Shown: positions 1 to 9,413 of the stretch, one piece after another
Numbering within the stretch: the stretch's first letter is position 1
How the letters are laid out: each line of letters opens with the position of its first letter
NCBI GenBank assembly: GCA_964291655.2
Contig: OZ219802.1
Span: 608,001-672,000, forward strand
Source of the DNA: Chloroflexota bacterium
Lineage (GTDB): Bacteria; Chloroflexota; UBA11872; VXOZ01
DNA: 64,000 nt
Direction of reading: 5' to 3'
Translations under genes and position numbers: made by a program
The notes under the pieces: model-generated
Databases searched by the model: none
The model's input: the letters and a program-made list of their open reading frames with translations, nothing else
Told to the model about the DNA's origin: nothing

Positions 1-134
1 TTGCTGCAGAATGAATTGATTAGTCTTGGAGAAAGAGAACACCCTTGGCGCTGCCGCACGCCGGCGGCTTACACGTACACTATTCTGGTCCGTTCCATCG
101 ATACGTGGACGCCAAGAACTGCGTTACACCGGCT

Positions 135-785
135 CTACAGCTCCATCTCGCTCAAGTAGCGGTCTTCTCCCACCAGCATCAAGACGTCGCCGTCTTGTAG
201 GCGCTCGCTGGGGTACGGATCATAGATGACACTCTTATTGCGTCCAATCATCAGGACTCGCAGTCCGCTCTCTTCATCAAAACCCAAGACCTGCAGCGAC
301 CGGCCGACAAAACGATCGGGAACGCGGATCTTGCTGACACCATAGCCTGGGACCACCTCCACATAGTCGAGTATGGCACGCGAAATGAACGTATGTGAAA
401 TGCGCAGGCCGGCTTCATGTTCAGGATAGATCACCTGATCGGCGCCAATTCGATCCAGTATCTCACCATGAAGTTCATCACGTGCCTTTGCAATCACATA
501 TGGCACGTCAAGATGTTTGAGAATCAGAGTGGTGACAATGCTGCTCTGAACGTCCGAACTAATGCCGACAACCACCACGTCGAAATTGCGAATGCCCAGC
601 TCCTCCAAGGCTCCTTCATTTGACGTATCAGCCCGCACTACGTGGGTGAGGTCATCCGACATGTTCTCCACAAGGTCTTCATTCTTGTCCACGCCCAACA
701 CATCGTACCCCAGGCTGGCAAGCTGAATAGCGGCGCTTCTACCAAAGCGCCCCAGACCAATGACGGCAATCTGCTGGTTTTGCAT
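135..785 (-). CDS. ktrA: KtrA/TrkA-family potassium uptake regulatory subunit (RCK domain)
   Basis: Rossmann GLGRFG motif at the N-terminus, the KARDELHGEILDRIGAD...PE signature and a C-terminal RCK_C region; lies directly after a TrkH/KtrB gene. Confidence 0.92.
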   Translation of the reverse strand: MQNQQIAVIGLGRFGRSAAIQLASLGYDVLGVDKNEDLVENMSDDLTHVVRADTSNEGALEELGIRNFDVVVVGISSDVQSSIVTTLILKHLDVPYVIAKARDELHGEILDRIGADQVIYPEHEAGLRISHTFISRAILDYVEVVPGYGVSKIRVPDRFVGRSLQVLGFDEESGLRVLMIGRNKSVIYDPYPSERLQDGDVLMLVGEDRYLSEMEL

Positions 786-795
786 TCGCTATCTC

Positions 796-2160
796 CTATC
801 CCACGCGTACCGATTCACTAGGATACTCCAAGAATTCGCGATGACTCTTCTGTGCAAGCAGCAGCACCAGGGTAAGTGGGCCAAGTCGCCCCACAAACAT
901 TGCAAGTACCAAGAGTAGGCGACTCGCGTCGTGCAGTTGCGGCGTAATACCATAGGACATACCAACCGTGCCAAGCGCCGATGCAGCTTCGAAGAGAACC
1001 GGAAGGAAGCCCACGGGCTCGAAGTCAGCAAGCAGCCAGCTCACCGCAATGAGCAGCAAGGTAGCCAACGAGACAATGGCGAGTGACCGGAATACCACTC
1101 CCTGCGGAATTCGCCGGCGCAGTATCGAAGTTCGCGTCCGCCCGCGCATCACGGCCAAGATTGTGACACTGAGAATAGCAAATGTGGTCACCTTTATTCC
1201 ACCTGCAGTCGAACCTGGCGCGCCGCCTATGAGCATGAGCACCATCGTCAGGAAGGTTGTGTCCTCCGTCATATTACCGACAGGAAGCGTCACAAAGCCG
1301 GCCGTGCGGGCAGCGATGCTATGGAAGAACGTGTCTACCAGTTGCACGTGCCACACTTCTCCGGCCAGTGTAAGCGGATTGGTGCGTTCCCGCCAGAAGA
1401 ATGCCAACCCGCCAATTAACCACAGTGAGCTCGTGACGATCAATATCAGCTTGGTTTCCAGGCTAAAGCGCACCCAGCGCCGCGACATTACAACATCCTG
1501 AAACAGCACGTAGCCCGTACTGCCAAACACGACCAGCGCCCCAATTACGACAAGCAAAAACTCCTCCCGGCGAAAGCCTGTCAAGCTGGTAAAGCCTCCC
1601 ATGAGATCGAATCCAGCGTTGTTAAATGCCGATATGCCGTGAAATAATCCCATCCAAAACGCCCTGGACGGCTCATTGCTCTGCGCAAAGTAGAGCGACA
1701 GCGCCAGGACACCAACAGCCTGGACCATGATCGTCCAGATTGCGATGTTTCGGGCGATACTAACGATGCCCCCAATTCCGGTTAGGTTGAGCGCCTCACG
1801 CATGAGAACCTGCTGGCGCAGCCGAATCCTTTGTCCTAGCACCATGAACAAGAGGATTGAGCTAGTCATGAAACCAAAGCCGCCCAACTGTATGAGCGCA
1901 AGAATCACGACGTGGCCGAACGTCGTCCAGTGGTCTCCGGTATCTACCACTACCAACCCGGTTACGCACACGGCTGACGTGGCAGTGAAAAGGGCATCGA
2001 TCAGAGAGGTGCTATTGCCGGGCTTAGTGGCCGCGGGCAACATAAGCAGCAACGTTCCCAAGGCGATGAGGGCGGCAAATCCTCCCGCAAGGACAAATGA
2101 AGAGCCGAATTTCCGCCGTCGCTCGTACCCCTTGGGATTGGGAGGTGGCGTCACCAGCAC
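796..2160 (-). CDS. ktrB: KtrB/TrkH-family potassium uptake membrane protein
   Basis: Pore motifs TATSAVCVTGL, SAFNNAGF, ARTAGF, GGAPGSTAGGIK and SALGTVG, with many TM helices. The start may lie further upstream (see findings). Confidence 0.93.
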   Translation of the reverse strand: MLVTPPPNPKGYERRRKFGSSFVLAGGFAALIALGTLLLMLPAATKPGNSTSLIDALFTATSAVCVTGLVVVDTGDHWTTFGHVVILALIQLGGFGFMTSSILLFMVLGQRIRLRQQVLMREALNLTGIGGIVSIARNIAIWTIMVQAVGVLALSLYFAQSNEPSRAFWMGLFHGISAFNNAGFDLMGGFTSLTGFRREEFLLVVIGALVVFGSTGYVLFQDVVMSRRWVRFSLETKLILIVTSSLWLIGGLAFFWRERTNPLTLAGEVWHVQLVDTFFHSIAARTAGFVTLPVGNMTEDTTFLTMVLMLIGGAPGSTAGGIKVTTFAILSVTILAVMRGRTRTSILRRRIPQGVVFRSLAIVSLATLLLIAVSWLLADFEPVGFLPVLFEAASALGTVGMSYGITPQLHDASRLLLVLAMFVGRLGPLTLVLLLAQKSHREFLEYPSESVRVG

Positions 2161-2318
2161 TACTTTGGGAGCGTGCTGGTGCTCTCCTTGCTGCGTGCCG
2201 TCCCCTTCAGAGGGTCCGTTGTCTGAGGAGCCTATGGCCGCGTCCCTCCCCTAGCTGAGCGATACGCGGATCTCTTTACATTTGAGTAGCTACCTGCCAC
2301 CTATCGATGCTACGTAGG

Positions 2319-4373
2319 CTAGGTAGCTTCCGCTACAAAGCGGACAGTAACGAGTTCGTGAGTGCCAAGTTGCGGTACTGTCACACTCAGCACATTGTCG
2401 CTGACGCTATATTCGGCATCGGTTCCACTTACCATTAGTCGCGCATCTTGCACTGCATTGCCAGGTTGCAACACCACCCGTACTTCCTGGGCGCCGACAT
2501 TCACGACTTCATCCACCGACCCTCGCCACGCATCCGCACTGGTGAGATTCACGAGGTGCACCTGGAGCATGTTGCCAAGGACAAGCACGCCAATGTCTAC
2601 TAGGCCCGGTCCCTCCACGGTAACCGGCAATTCGCTGCCATGGGCCCAGCGCACCGCATGTGCGAGCAGGCCGGAGAGATCAGTATTATTCTGTTCCCAA
2701 ATGGCGTGGGCGATGTCTCCTGGGAAGTAAACGATCCGGCTCTGTTCCTGTTCGCGCGCGAACAGGACCGGACGGGAGATCTGAGGTAGCTCCGACATCG
2801 CGTATTCGACCGGTTCTGCAGGCGCCGGCGGCACCAGCACTAAGGGCGTATCCGTCCTCGCCAAGGGTTGCACAAGGCTAAGCCGCGTGGCCGCCGGCAA
2901 GACGATTGTATCGGTATACGGCTGAACGATCGGATGATCACCGCCGATCTGATACTGCGCGTGGTCCAGACCTGCAATCGGCTCGCGGCCTGAAGCGGTA
3001 ACGCCCAGCACGTCTGCCAGTGCAAAGTCGGTGCGGTATTCCCCTGAGGTGTCTCGCCGCGAGGTCTCAAACGTCGCCACCAGGCTGCGGCCGCTGCTCA
3101 CGAAACTCCTAATCTGCTGGGAGTGGCTATCCGAGAGTTCACTGATGTTTGGGAGCAGGATCAACTGATAGTCCTGCAGCGCCCCTGCTTGGATGCGATC
3201 TAGCTCCACCAAATCGAATGGAATGCGCGCCCGCAGCAGGGCTAAGCATGCGCCCATTACGTGACTGTTGAAGCCACATATGGCATCGGCATCCGTGCTG
3301 TTGGCATAGAGCACTCCCACTGTCGCGCCGGGAATGCGTCCTCCCAGAATCTGCTCATGCTGACTCTGCCATGAAAGAGCGGGAGCCATCTGCTGGAATA
3401 TTCTGCGATCGCGCGGCACTGCCGCGAAACTGGTCCAGGGCCAGGCGCCATGTGCAAGAATCTCAGCTAACGTTACCGGGATTGTTGCCGGAGAAATCGC
3501 GTCCGAGGCGCCGCTGCCCACGTTGACCGTGACATAGGCCGCTTTTCCTCTGCCTGCAACGCCTCTCGCCTTGCGACTCACCAAGCCTGCCGTCCAGAGT
3601 GGGTGCTGCCCCCCACCGGCTTCATGCTGGCCCACGACGAATTCCGCCAGCGAAGCTACCCGGCCCTGGGTCGTGTCCCCAACCCACAAGGTATTGGCGC
3701 GTGCCTCCTTAGTAATCCGGTCCAGGAAGCTCCAGAGTTCTTCATCCACTTCTCGCCGCCAGCGTTGCCAACTCCGATGCGAACGTTCCTCTTCCGAACT
3801 CGCCGGCGACCGGCGAACTGGTCTGGGAAGCCGCATCTCTGCTTCCCGAGCGTACCGTTTCTCGCAGTAGGTGCAGTAGCAAATCTGGCGGTTTCCTTGC
3901 CAGTTATGCCCGAGAAAGCCATCCACGGGGTATCGGCCGGCGATCTCACGGACAATCGCAGGCAAGTATTCCCGGTAATACGGTGAGTTGATACAGGTGT
4001 AGTAGAGGCCGTTCGCGCGGCGCGGCTTACCTTCGTGGTCCACCATGAACCAATCGGGGTGGGCATAGTAGAGGTCCTCGTGGCCCATACTGGGGTCGAT
4101 GCGAGCGAGCACAACCAGGTCTTGGTCCTTTGCCGCCTCCACCATTTCCCCGAATACATCGCGCTCGCCGAGCGAGGGGCTGCGGCGATGAAACGGCACT
4201 TCCGTAGGATAGAACGCCAAAATACCACCCGCGCTCAGAGCTACGCCGCCGAACCCATTCTCACGCCAACGCTCCTGCCACCAATCAACGTCCACGTGTT
4301 GTGGATCAGCCTCATGGAGCACTACCTGTCCAAAGCGAATGAACTGATCGTACCAAGGCATCTCCCGGGCCAT
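2319..4373 (-). CDS. Putative glycoside hydrolase (GHL6-like TIM barrel plus GH42-type trimerisation/glutamine-amidotransferase-like domain)
   Basis: Motifs GGILAFYPTEVPFH, DVFGEMVEAAK...VLARID, HPDWF, CINSPYY, CYCTYC and C-terminal LILLPN...L/LVATFETS/QVHLVN. Start moved to the ATG at 4373, which follows an AAGGGAG RBS. Confidence 0.72.
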   Translation of the reverse strand: MAREMPWYDQFIRFGQVVLHEADPQHVDVDWWQERWRENGFGGVALSAGGILAFYPTEVPFHRRSPSLGERDVFGEMVEAAKDQDLVVLARIDPSMGHEDLYYAHPDWFMVDHEGKPRRANGLYYTCINSPYYREYLPAIVREIAGRYPVDGFLGHNWQGNRQICYCTYCEKRYAREAEMRLPRPVRRSPASSEEERSHRSWQRWRREVDEELWSFLDRITKEARANTLWVGDTTQGRVASLAEFVVGQHEAGGGQHPLWTAGLVSRKARGVAGRGKAAYVTVNVGSGASDAISPATIPVTLAEILAHGAWPWTSFAAVPRDRRIFQQMAPALSWQSQHEQILGGRIPGATVGVLYANSTDADAICGFNSHVMGACLALLRARIPFDLVELDRIQAGALQDYQLILLPNISELSDSHSQQIRSFVSSGRSLVATFETSRRDTSGEYRTDFALADVLGVTASGREPIAGLDHAQYQIGGDHPIVQPYTDTIVLPAATRLSLVQPLARTDTPLVLVPPAPAEPVEYAMSELPQISRPVLFAREQEQSRIVYFPGDIAHAIWEQNNTDLSGLLAHAVRWAHGSELPVTVEGPGLVDIGVLVLGNMLQVHLVNLTSADAWRGSVDEVVNVGAQEVRVVLQPGNAVQDARLMVSGTDAEYSVSDNVLSVTVPQLGTHELVTVRFVAEAT

Positions 4374-4884
4374 ACTGGCTCCCTTCATGTCTAACTTGCA
4401 AGGCTCCGAGAAGCCTTGCGACACGTGTGTTTACGTTTACCCCGCTTTATTCTCAGTCTATCCAACACCCACCGAATCTTCAAATGCCGAGCCCTGCGCC
4501 ACCTCCTGTTCCATTGACTTAGAGATTTGTCTCTATGCCGAAGCCGGACCAGTGCATGGTCACAGCGGCAGCATTTAGACGGAACGCTCTTTCTCCTCTA
4601 TGTAAAGTAGCCGCTTAGACCGACAGCTTGCAGTAGGGCAGACTACAAAACTGCCCTTGCACGGCGCCGGCCTCAAGGCAACTTTGCGTTCCCTGGCCTG
4701 CCTCAATGGACTTGCCACGTGTTAGGTTGGAGAGTGCGATGGACTCAAAATCCAATTGAACATTCCTGACACGGTGGTTCAATTCGGTGTACACTACCAG
4801 CGGCAATGAGATGAAGTGTTGATGCCAAATCGCCGCACTTCGAAATAGGCATCTTCCCCAGCACTTTACAACGATAGGAGCACT

Positions 4885-7125
4885 TTGGCAGCCATGTCCG
4901 CGGAAGAAACGCACGAGCAGTTTGGAACTGCGACACTTGAACCGGCCGGCTACGCCATTGCGGGCGCCTATGGCTCCTGGCGGCTCCGCTACACGGTTGG
5001 CGCCCAAGGCATCGCTACCGGTGGCGCCATCAGGATCTATACGGATTCGGACACTGACTGGGGAGTACCACAGCTAACCAACCCTACCCAAGCTGAGTAC
5101 ATGACCGTGGCTGCCCCATCGGATTCAGGCCTTGACGTTCTGGTTGAGGATATTAAGTCGATTAGACTTCGTGTCCAGGGACGCGACCTGCGGGCAGGAG
5201 AATGCGTCGTGGTGACATACGGTGATCAAGCCGGAGGCGGGCCCGGATCGCGCGCTCAGACCTTCCTGGAGGAAAGGCGATACTTCTGGGTGGCAGTTGA
5301 TGCGAGCGGAATCGGCGACTTCACAACCTTGCCAAACTCGCCGTACCTTTCCGTCGTGGGCGGCCAAGCCGTGAAGCTGGCAGTTGTAGCGCCCTCGACA
5401 GTCGTCGTAGGCGAACCATTCCGCACACTCATTCGTGCCGAAGATGCGTGGGGTAATCCCGCCAACGCATACGCGGGCACAATCGCGATCACTGCGGAGG
5501 GCATAGAGCTTTCGGAGCAGGATCGACATCTGACGTTTCTTCCTAGCGATCACGGTGTGCAGGCGATTGAGGAGTGTTCTGCCACCAGCGCCGGCACGCA
5601 GCGCATTCACGCTGTAGACTCGCATTGCAATCTCGTTGCACGCAGCAATCCAATTCTCGCCACCGAACGACAGCCGGAGCACAATCTCTACTGGGCCGAT
5701 CCCCACGGCGGCCAAGTCGCCCTGGCGGCGAAGATTCCCGGCTTCTTCCGCTTTGCCCGTGACGTTGCAGCCTTGGACTTTGTCGGCTATCAACGCAATG
5801 ATCACATGGTCTCTGCAGAAGACTGGCGGCTGCAGCAGGAAGCCGAAGCCGCCTTCTCAGACCCCGGTCGCTTTGTTCCGTTACCGGGATTCGAATGGTC
5901 GCCGGAAACAGCGCGGGGCGGTCATCACAACGTCTATTTCCGGCGGCATAATCAACCAATCCGGCGCAACAGCCACGCGCAAGTTGCCGACAAGTCGGAC
6001 GTCGCTACCGATCTCCCCCACGTGCGCGATCTCTACGCGGCGTATCGCCACAGCGACGTGCTCATCACGCCCCACGTCGGCGGCGCGCACGCGGACTTGG
6101 ACTATCACGAACCCTCAATTGAGCCCGCCATCGAGATTACGTCTACCCACGGTTCATTTGAGTGGTTTCTCGAAGAAGCGCTGCAAAATCGCTACACCGT
6201 CGGCTTCGTCGGCGGCAGCGACAGTCACACCGGCAGGCCCGGCACGGACGCTCCCGGCTTCCAGCCGCGGCGTTATGCGCGCGCCGGGCTCACTGGCATC
6301 TATGCGGCCGGTCTCACTCTAGAAGCGTTTTTTGAGGCGCTCAAGGCGCGCAGATGCTATGCGACTACCGGCGCAAGAATTGTCATGCACGTAGCCGCGG
6401 ACGGCCGGCCCATGGGTGCAGCCTTTGGCACGCCCACACCGCCCACCATTGGTGTTTCCGTCACCGGCACGGCTCCGCTTGAGAGCATAGAGCTTTTCCG
6501 CGGATTAGAGCGGATATACTCCCATAGCATTGAGGACGCGCAAGACCCCGGACGTGTGCGAATCCTTTGGCAAGGCGCGAGTCGCAAGTCCAGCTATTCC
6601 GGCGTCGTGTGGGACGGCACCGTGAGAGTCTCGGGGAGCAAGGCAACTGCAGTCGAGACTATCCGATTCGATAGTCCCCGATCCCATCTCTTGGATGTTA
6701 CCGACCGCAGCCTGCGCTGGCATTCGGTGACGTGCGGCTACCGCAGCGGCGTCGTTTTGACCCTGGACGACAGCACGAACGCTATCCTCGATCTTGCCGT
6801 CAATTCGTCGCTTATCAGCCGTCCGCGCTTCGGTGCGTACGGCTCGTCCGGTCCGCAGATTCTCGCGCACGCCCCCGCGGAATCTCTCGCCTTTAGCATC
6901 CCTGTGCAAGACCTCACAGAAGGGCCTCGAGAGTTCGCTCTGGGGCCTCTTGACCGCAAGGTGACCGTCTCCCTCGCGCCAAGCGAATCCGGACCGGAGA
7001 GTGCTTCGTTCACGTTCACCGACCCCACCCCGCAACCGGGCGTGAATCCGTATTGGGTGCGTGTTATTCAAACTGATATGGAAATGGCGTGGTCGAGCCC
7101 GGTGTTCGTTGACTTCACAGGCTAA
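4885..7125 (+). CDS. DUF3604-like protein with PHP-type metallo-hydrolase core
   Basis: Motifs YWADPHG, LDFV, NDH, LPGFEWS...GGHHNV, PHVGG, EITSTHG, GFVGGSDSH, ALKARRCYATTG and C-terminal YWVRV...MAWSSP. Start is TTG 4885 or ATG 4894. Confidence 0.75.
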   Translation: MAAMSAEETHEQFGTATLEPAGYAIAGAYGSWRLRYTVGAQGIATGGAIRIYTDSDTDWGVPQLTNPTQAEYMTVAAPSDSGLDVLVEDIKSIRLRVQGRDLRAGECVVVTYGDQAGGGPGSRAQTFLEERRYFWVAVDASGIGDFTTLPNSPYLSVVGGQAVKLAVVAPSTVVVGEPFRTLIRAEDAWGNPANAYAGTIAITAEGIELSEQDRHLTFLPSDHGVQAIEECSATSAGTQRIHAVDSHCNLVARSNPILATERQPEHNLYWADPHGGQVALAAKIPGFFRFARDVAALDFVGYQRNDHMVSAEDWRLQQEAEAAFSDPGRFVPLPGFEWSPETARGGHHNVYFRRHNQPIRRNSHAQVADKSDVATDLPHVRDLYAAYRHSDVLITPHVGGAHADLDYHEPSIEPAIEITSTHGSFEWFLEEALQNRYTVGFVGGSDSHTGRPGTDAPGFQPRRYARAGLTGIYAAGLTLEAFFEALKARRCYATTGARIVMHVAADGRPMGAAFGTPTPPTIGVSVTGTAPLESIELFRGLERIYSHSIEDAQDPGRVRILWQGASRKSSYSGVVWDGTVRVSGSKATAVETIRFDSPRSHLLDVTDRSLRWHSVTCGYRSGVVLTLDDSTNAILDLAVNSSLISRPRFGAYGSSGPQILAHAPAESLAFSIPVQDLTEGPREFALGPLDRKVTVSLAPSESGPESASFTFTDPTPQPGVNPYWVRVIQTDMEMAWSSPVFVDFTG

Positions 7126-7307
7126 CTGCATCAGTTGCGGTCTGCGAGCTTCCCTTTACCTCAACACGCTCGTGAGGAGGACTATTGTGCAGCCGCGATA
7201 CGCACCTCACTGAGTGCGCAGGACTTGGTTGTCACGAAGCAGCTTTCGTTCTAAGATGAACCTCTGAGCGCTAAACTGTACGGTCATTCTCTGAGGAGGA
7301 ATCTCTC

Positions 7308-7778
7308 ATGGCAACAGTAGGAACTGAAGTCGGCCAAGAAGCGCCGGACTTTACCTTAGAAAACCAAGAAGGTGATCAGGTCAGCCTGTCTGACTATCGC
7401 GGCAAGCAGAACGTCGTGCTCGTCTTCTATGTCGGCGCATTCAGCAGCATCTGCGACGGCGAGTTTCGTGGCTTAACCGCGAATGCCGGTCGTTACGACG
7501 CCAGCGACGCGGCGGTGATTGGTGTATCCACGGATACCAAGTGGACGCTCAAGCAGTACAAAGAGGCAAACGGCTTTCCCGCTACATTCCTTGCCGATTT
7601 CTGGCCGCATGGCGCCGTGGCTCAGCAGTACGGCGTCTTCTTTGACCCGCTAGGCGTTGCCACACGCGGCACCTTCATTATCGATAAGAACGGTGTGATT
7701 CAAGGCAAGACCGTCAACGAGCCGCTCGATCCGCGTGACGAGAAAGACAATTTCGCTGCCCTGCAGCAGTGCTCGTAA
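7308..7778 (+). CDS. Peroxiredoxin, AhpE-like (AhpC/TSA family)
   Basis: APDFTL, VVLVFY...FSSIC(peroxidatic Cys)..E, ADFWPHGAVA..YGVF and RGTFIIDK; GAGGAGGA RBS. Confidence 0.88.
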   Translation: MATVGTEVGQEAPDFTLENQEGDQVSLSDYRGKQNVVLVFYVGAFSSICDGEFRGLTANAGRYDASDAAVIGVSTDTKWTLKQYKEANGFPATFLADFWPHGAVAQQYGVFFDPLGVATRGTFIIDKNGVIQGKTVNEPLDPRDEKDNFAALQQCS

Positions 7779-7870
7779 CGCAATTCCTCTAGATCCCTCG
7801 CTCGCATAGGTAGGCATCCCTGAGGTCTCACGAGGATGGCTGCATTAGTCGCTTGGAACGACCTCTTACT

Positions 7871-7894
7871 GTAGCGCGGGGGCTTGTCCCCCGC
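7871..7894 (+). repeat. GTAG-type REP palindrome, copy 1
   Basis: GTAGCGCGGGGGCTTGTCCCCCGC; identical copies at 50855 and 56231. Confidence 0.85.
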
Positions 7895-8207
7895 CTCTGG
7901 CACGCGGGGGTTTGTCCACCGCCTCTTGGGAGCGGGGGTCTCGCGGTTCTTGGAAGTACCGCTATATTTTTGATAGAAAGCTCTTGCCCGTTGTGAACCG
8001 GCAGCTAACTCGGTAGAGGCCCTTCTGCACACACGCGGCGACCATTCTTGCGAGATTTCAGCGCATGGCCCGGTTTGGCAGTGCTTGGCGGGCAATACGC
8101 ACACGTCGCATTGTCTCCGCGAAGCTTCATCTCACCAATGGACAGCGCTGCCCCTACCTGATAGCATTGCCGTTGAAGTATAGCGAACCGTCAGGTAGGT
8201 AACGCCC

Positions 8208-9413
8208 TTGGTACCCTTAGCCCTTATCGAAAACCTATCAGAGCAGACTCCGTCTAAGATACTCTTTCTCGTCCTTGACGGCTTGGGCGGTATGCCGCAC
8301 CCGGAAGTTGGGAAATCTGAGCTTGAGGGCGCGCGTATCCCAAACCTGGACCGCTTTGCCAGACTATCTATCTGCGGCGTCACCGATCCCATTGCACCCG
8401 GGATAACGCCGGGTAGCGGGCCGTCACATCTGGCGCTCTTTGGGTACAACCCGATTAGATTCGATATTGGCAGGGGTGTGCTCTCTGCGCTTGGCATAGA
8501 CTTCCCTATCGGCCCGAACGACGTCTGCTTCCGAGCAAACTTTGCCACAGTCGATGCAGACGGCAATATCACCGACCGCCGCGCCGGCCGGCTGGCAACT
8601 GAGATAAATCGCGAACTCTGTGCGTTGTTGCGGCACATACATCTGCCCGAAGTTGAGGTTTTCGTCGAGACAGAGTCCGGGCACCGCGCTCTCGTGGTAT
8701 TCCGCGGCGAGGGACTCTCTGACTATGTAACGGACACGGACCCGCAACACACCGGCGTCCCACCCAGCTCCTCCGCGCCAACCCAAGAGGAAGCAGTGCC
8801 TATGGCGCAGATAGTCAACACCTTTCTCGCCGAGGCCGCCATGGTGCTGCAGGGACAAGAGCCCGCCAATGCGCTTCTTCTGCGCGGTGCGGCCAGCCTG
8901 CCCGATATTCCAACGATGCCGCAGGTCTACAAGCTATCCCCGGCAGCGATTGCCACCTACCCCATGTACCGCGGCCTTGCGAAGCTGGTTGGCATGGAGG
9001 TGTTGGAAACTGGAGACTCAATCTGGGACGAATTTGAAACACTGCAGCAGAACTGGGAAGAGTACGACTTCTTCTACTTCCATGTTAAGGCCACGGACAC
9101 CGCAGGCGAAGACGGAGACTTCAACCGGAAGGTGCAGGTTCTTGAAGAGATAGACAGTCTGATTCCCGCCCTGCTTCGCCTGCAGCCGGACGTCTTCGTC
9201 ATCACCGGAGACCACTCCTCGCCCTCGGCTCTCAGTGGGCACTCTTGGCATCCCGTGCCATTTGCCCTCTATAGCAATACGTGCATTAGCGACGACATCT
9301 CCGAGTTCACAGAACGCGCGCTTGTGCGAGGCAGCCTCGGCCGCTTCCCAGCACAAGACGCAATGCAGCTTGCAATGGGCCATGCGCAAAAGCTCGCCAA
9401 GTACGGCGCTTAG
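8208..9413 (+). CDS. apgM: 2,3-bisphosphoglycerate-independent phosphoglycerate mutase (archaeal-type ApgM)
   Basis: LVLDGLGG, PGSGPSHLALFGY, DRRAGR, YPMYRGLA, FHVKATD..GEDG and TGDHSSP...HSWHPVP. Confidence 0.92.
   Translation: MVPLALIENLSEQTPSKILFLVLDGLGGMPHPEVGKSELEGARIPNLDRFARLSICGVTDPIAPGITPGSGPSHLALFGYNPIRFDIGRGVLSALGIDFPIGPNDVCFRANFATVDADGNITDRRAGRLATEINRELCALLRHIHLPEVEVFVETESGHRALVVFRGEGLSDYVTDTDPQHTGVPPSSSAPTQEEAVPMAQIVNTFLAEAAMVLQGQEPANALLLRGAASLPDIPTMPQVYKLSPAAIATYPMYRGLAKLVGMEVLETGDSIWDEFETLQQNWEEYDFFYFHVKATDTAGEDGDFNRKVQVLEEIDSLIPALLRLQPDVFVITGDHSSPSALSGHSWHPVPFALYSNTCISDDISEFTERALVRGSLGRFPAQDAMQLAMGHAQKLAKYGA

Noticed and set aside
2161-2318. c-di-AMP (ydaO) riboswitch upstream of ktrBA
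   Set aside because: No recognisable ydaO motifs, and most of the gap can be explained as N-terminal coding extension.
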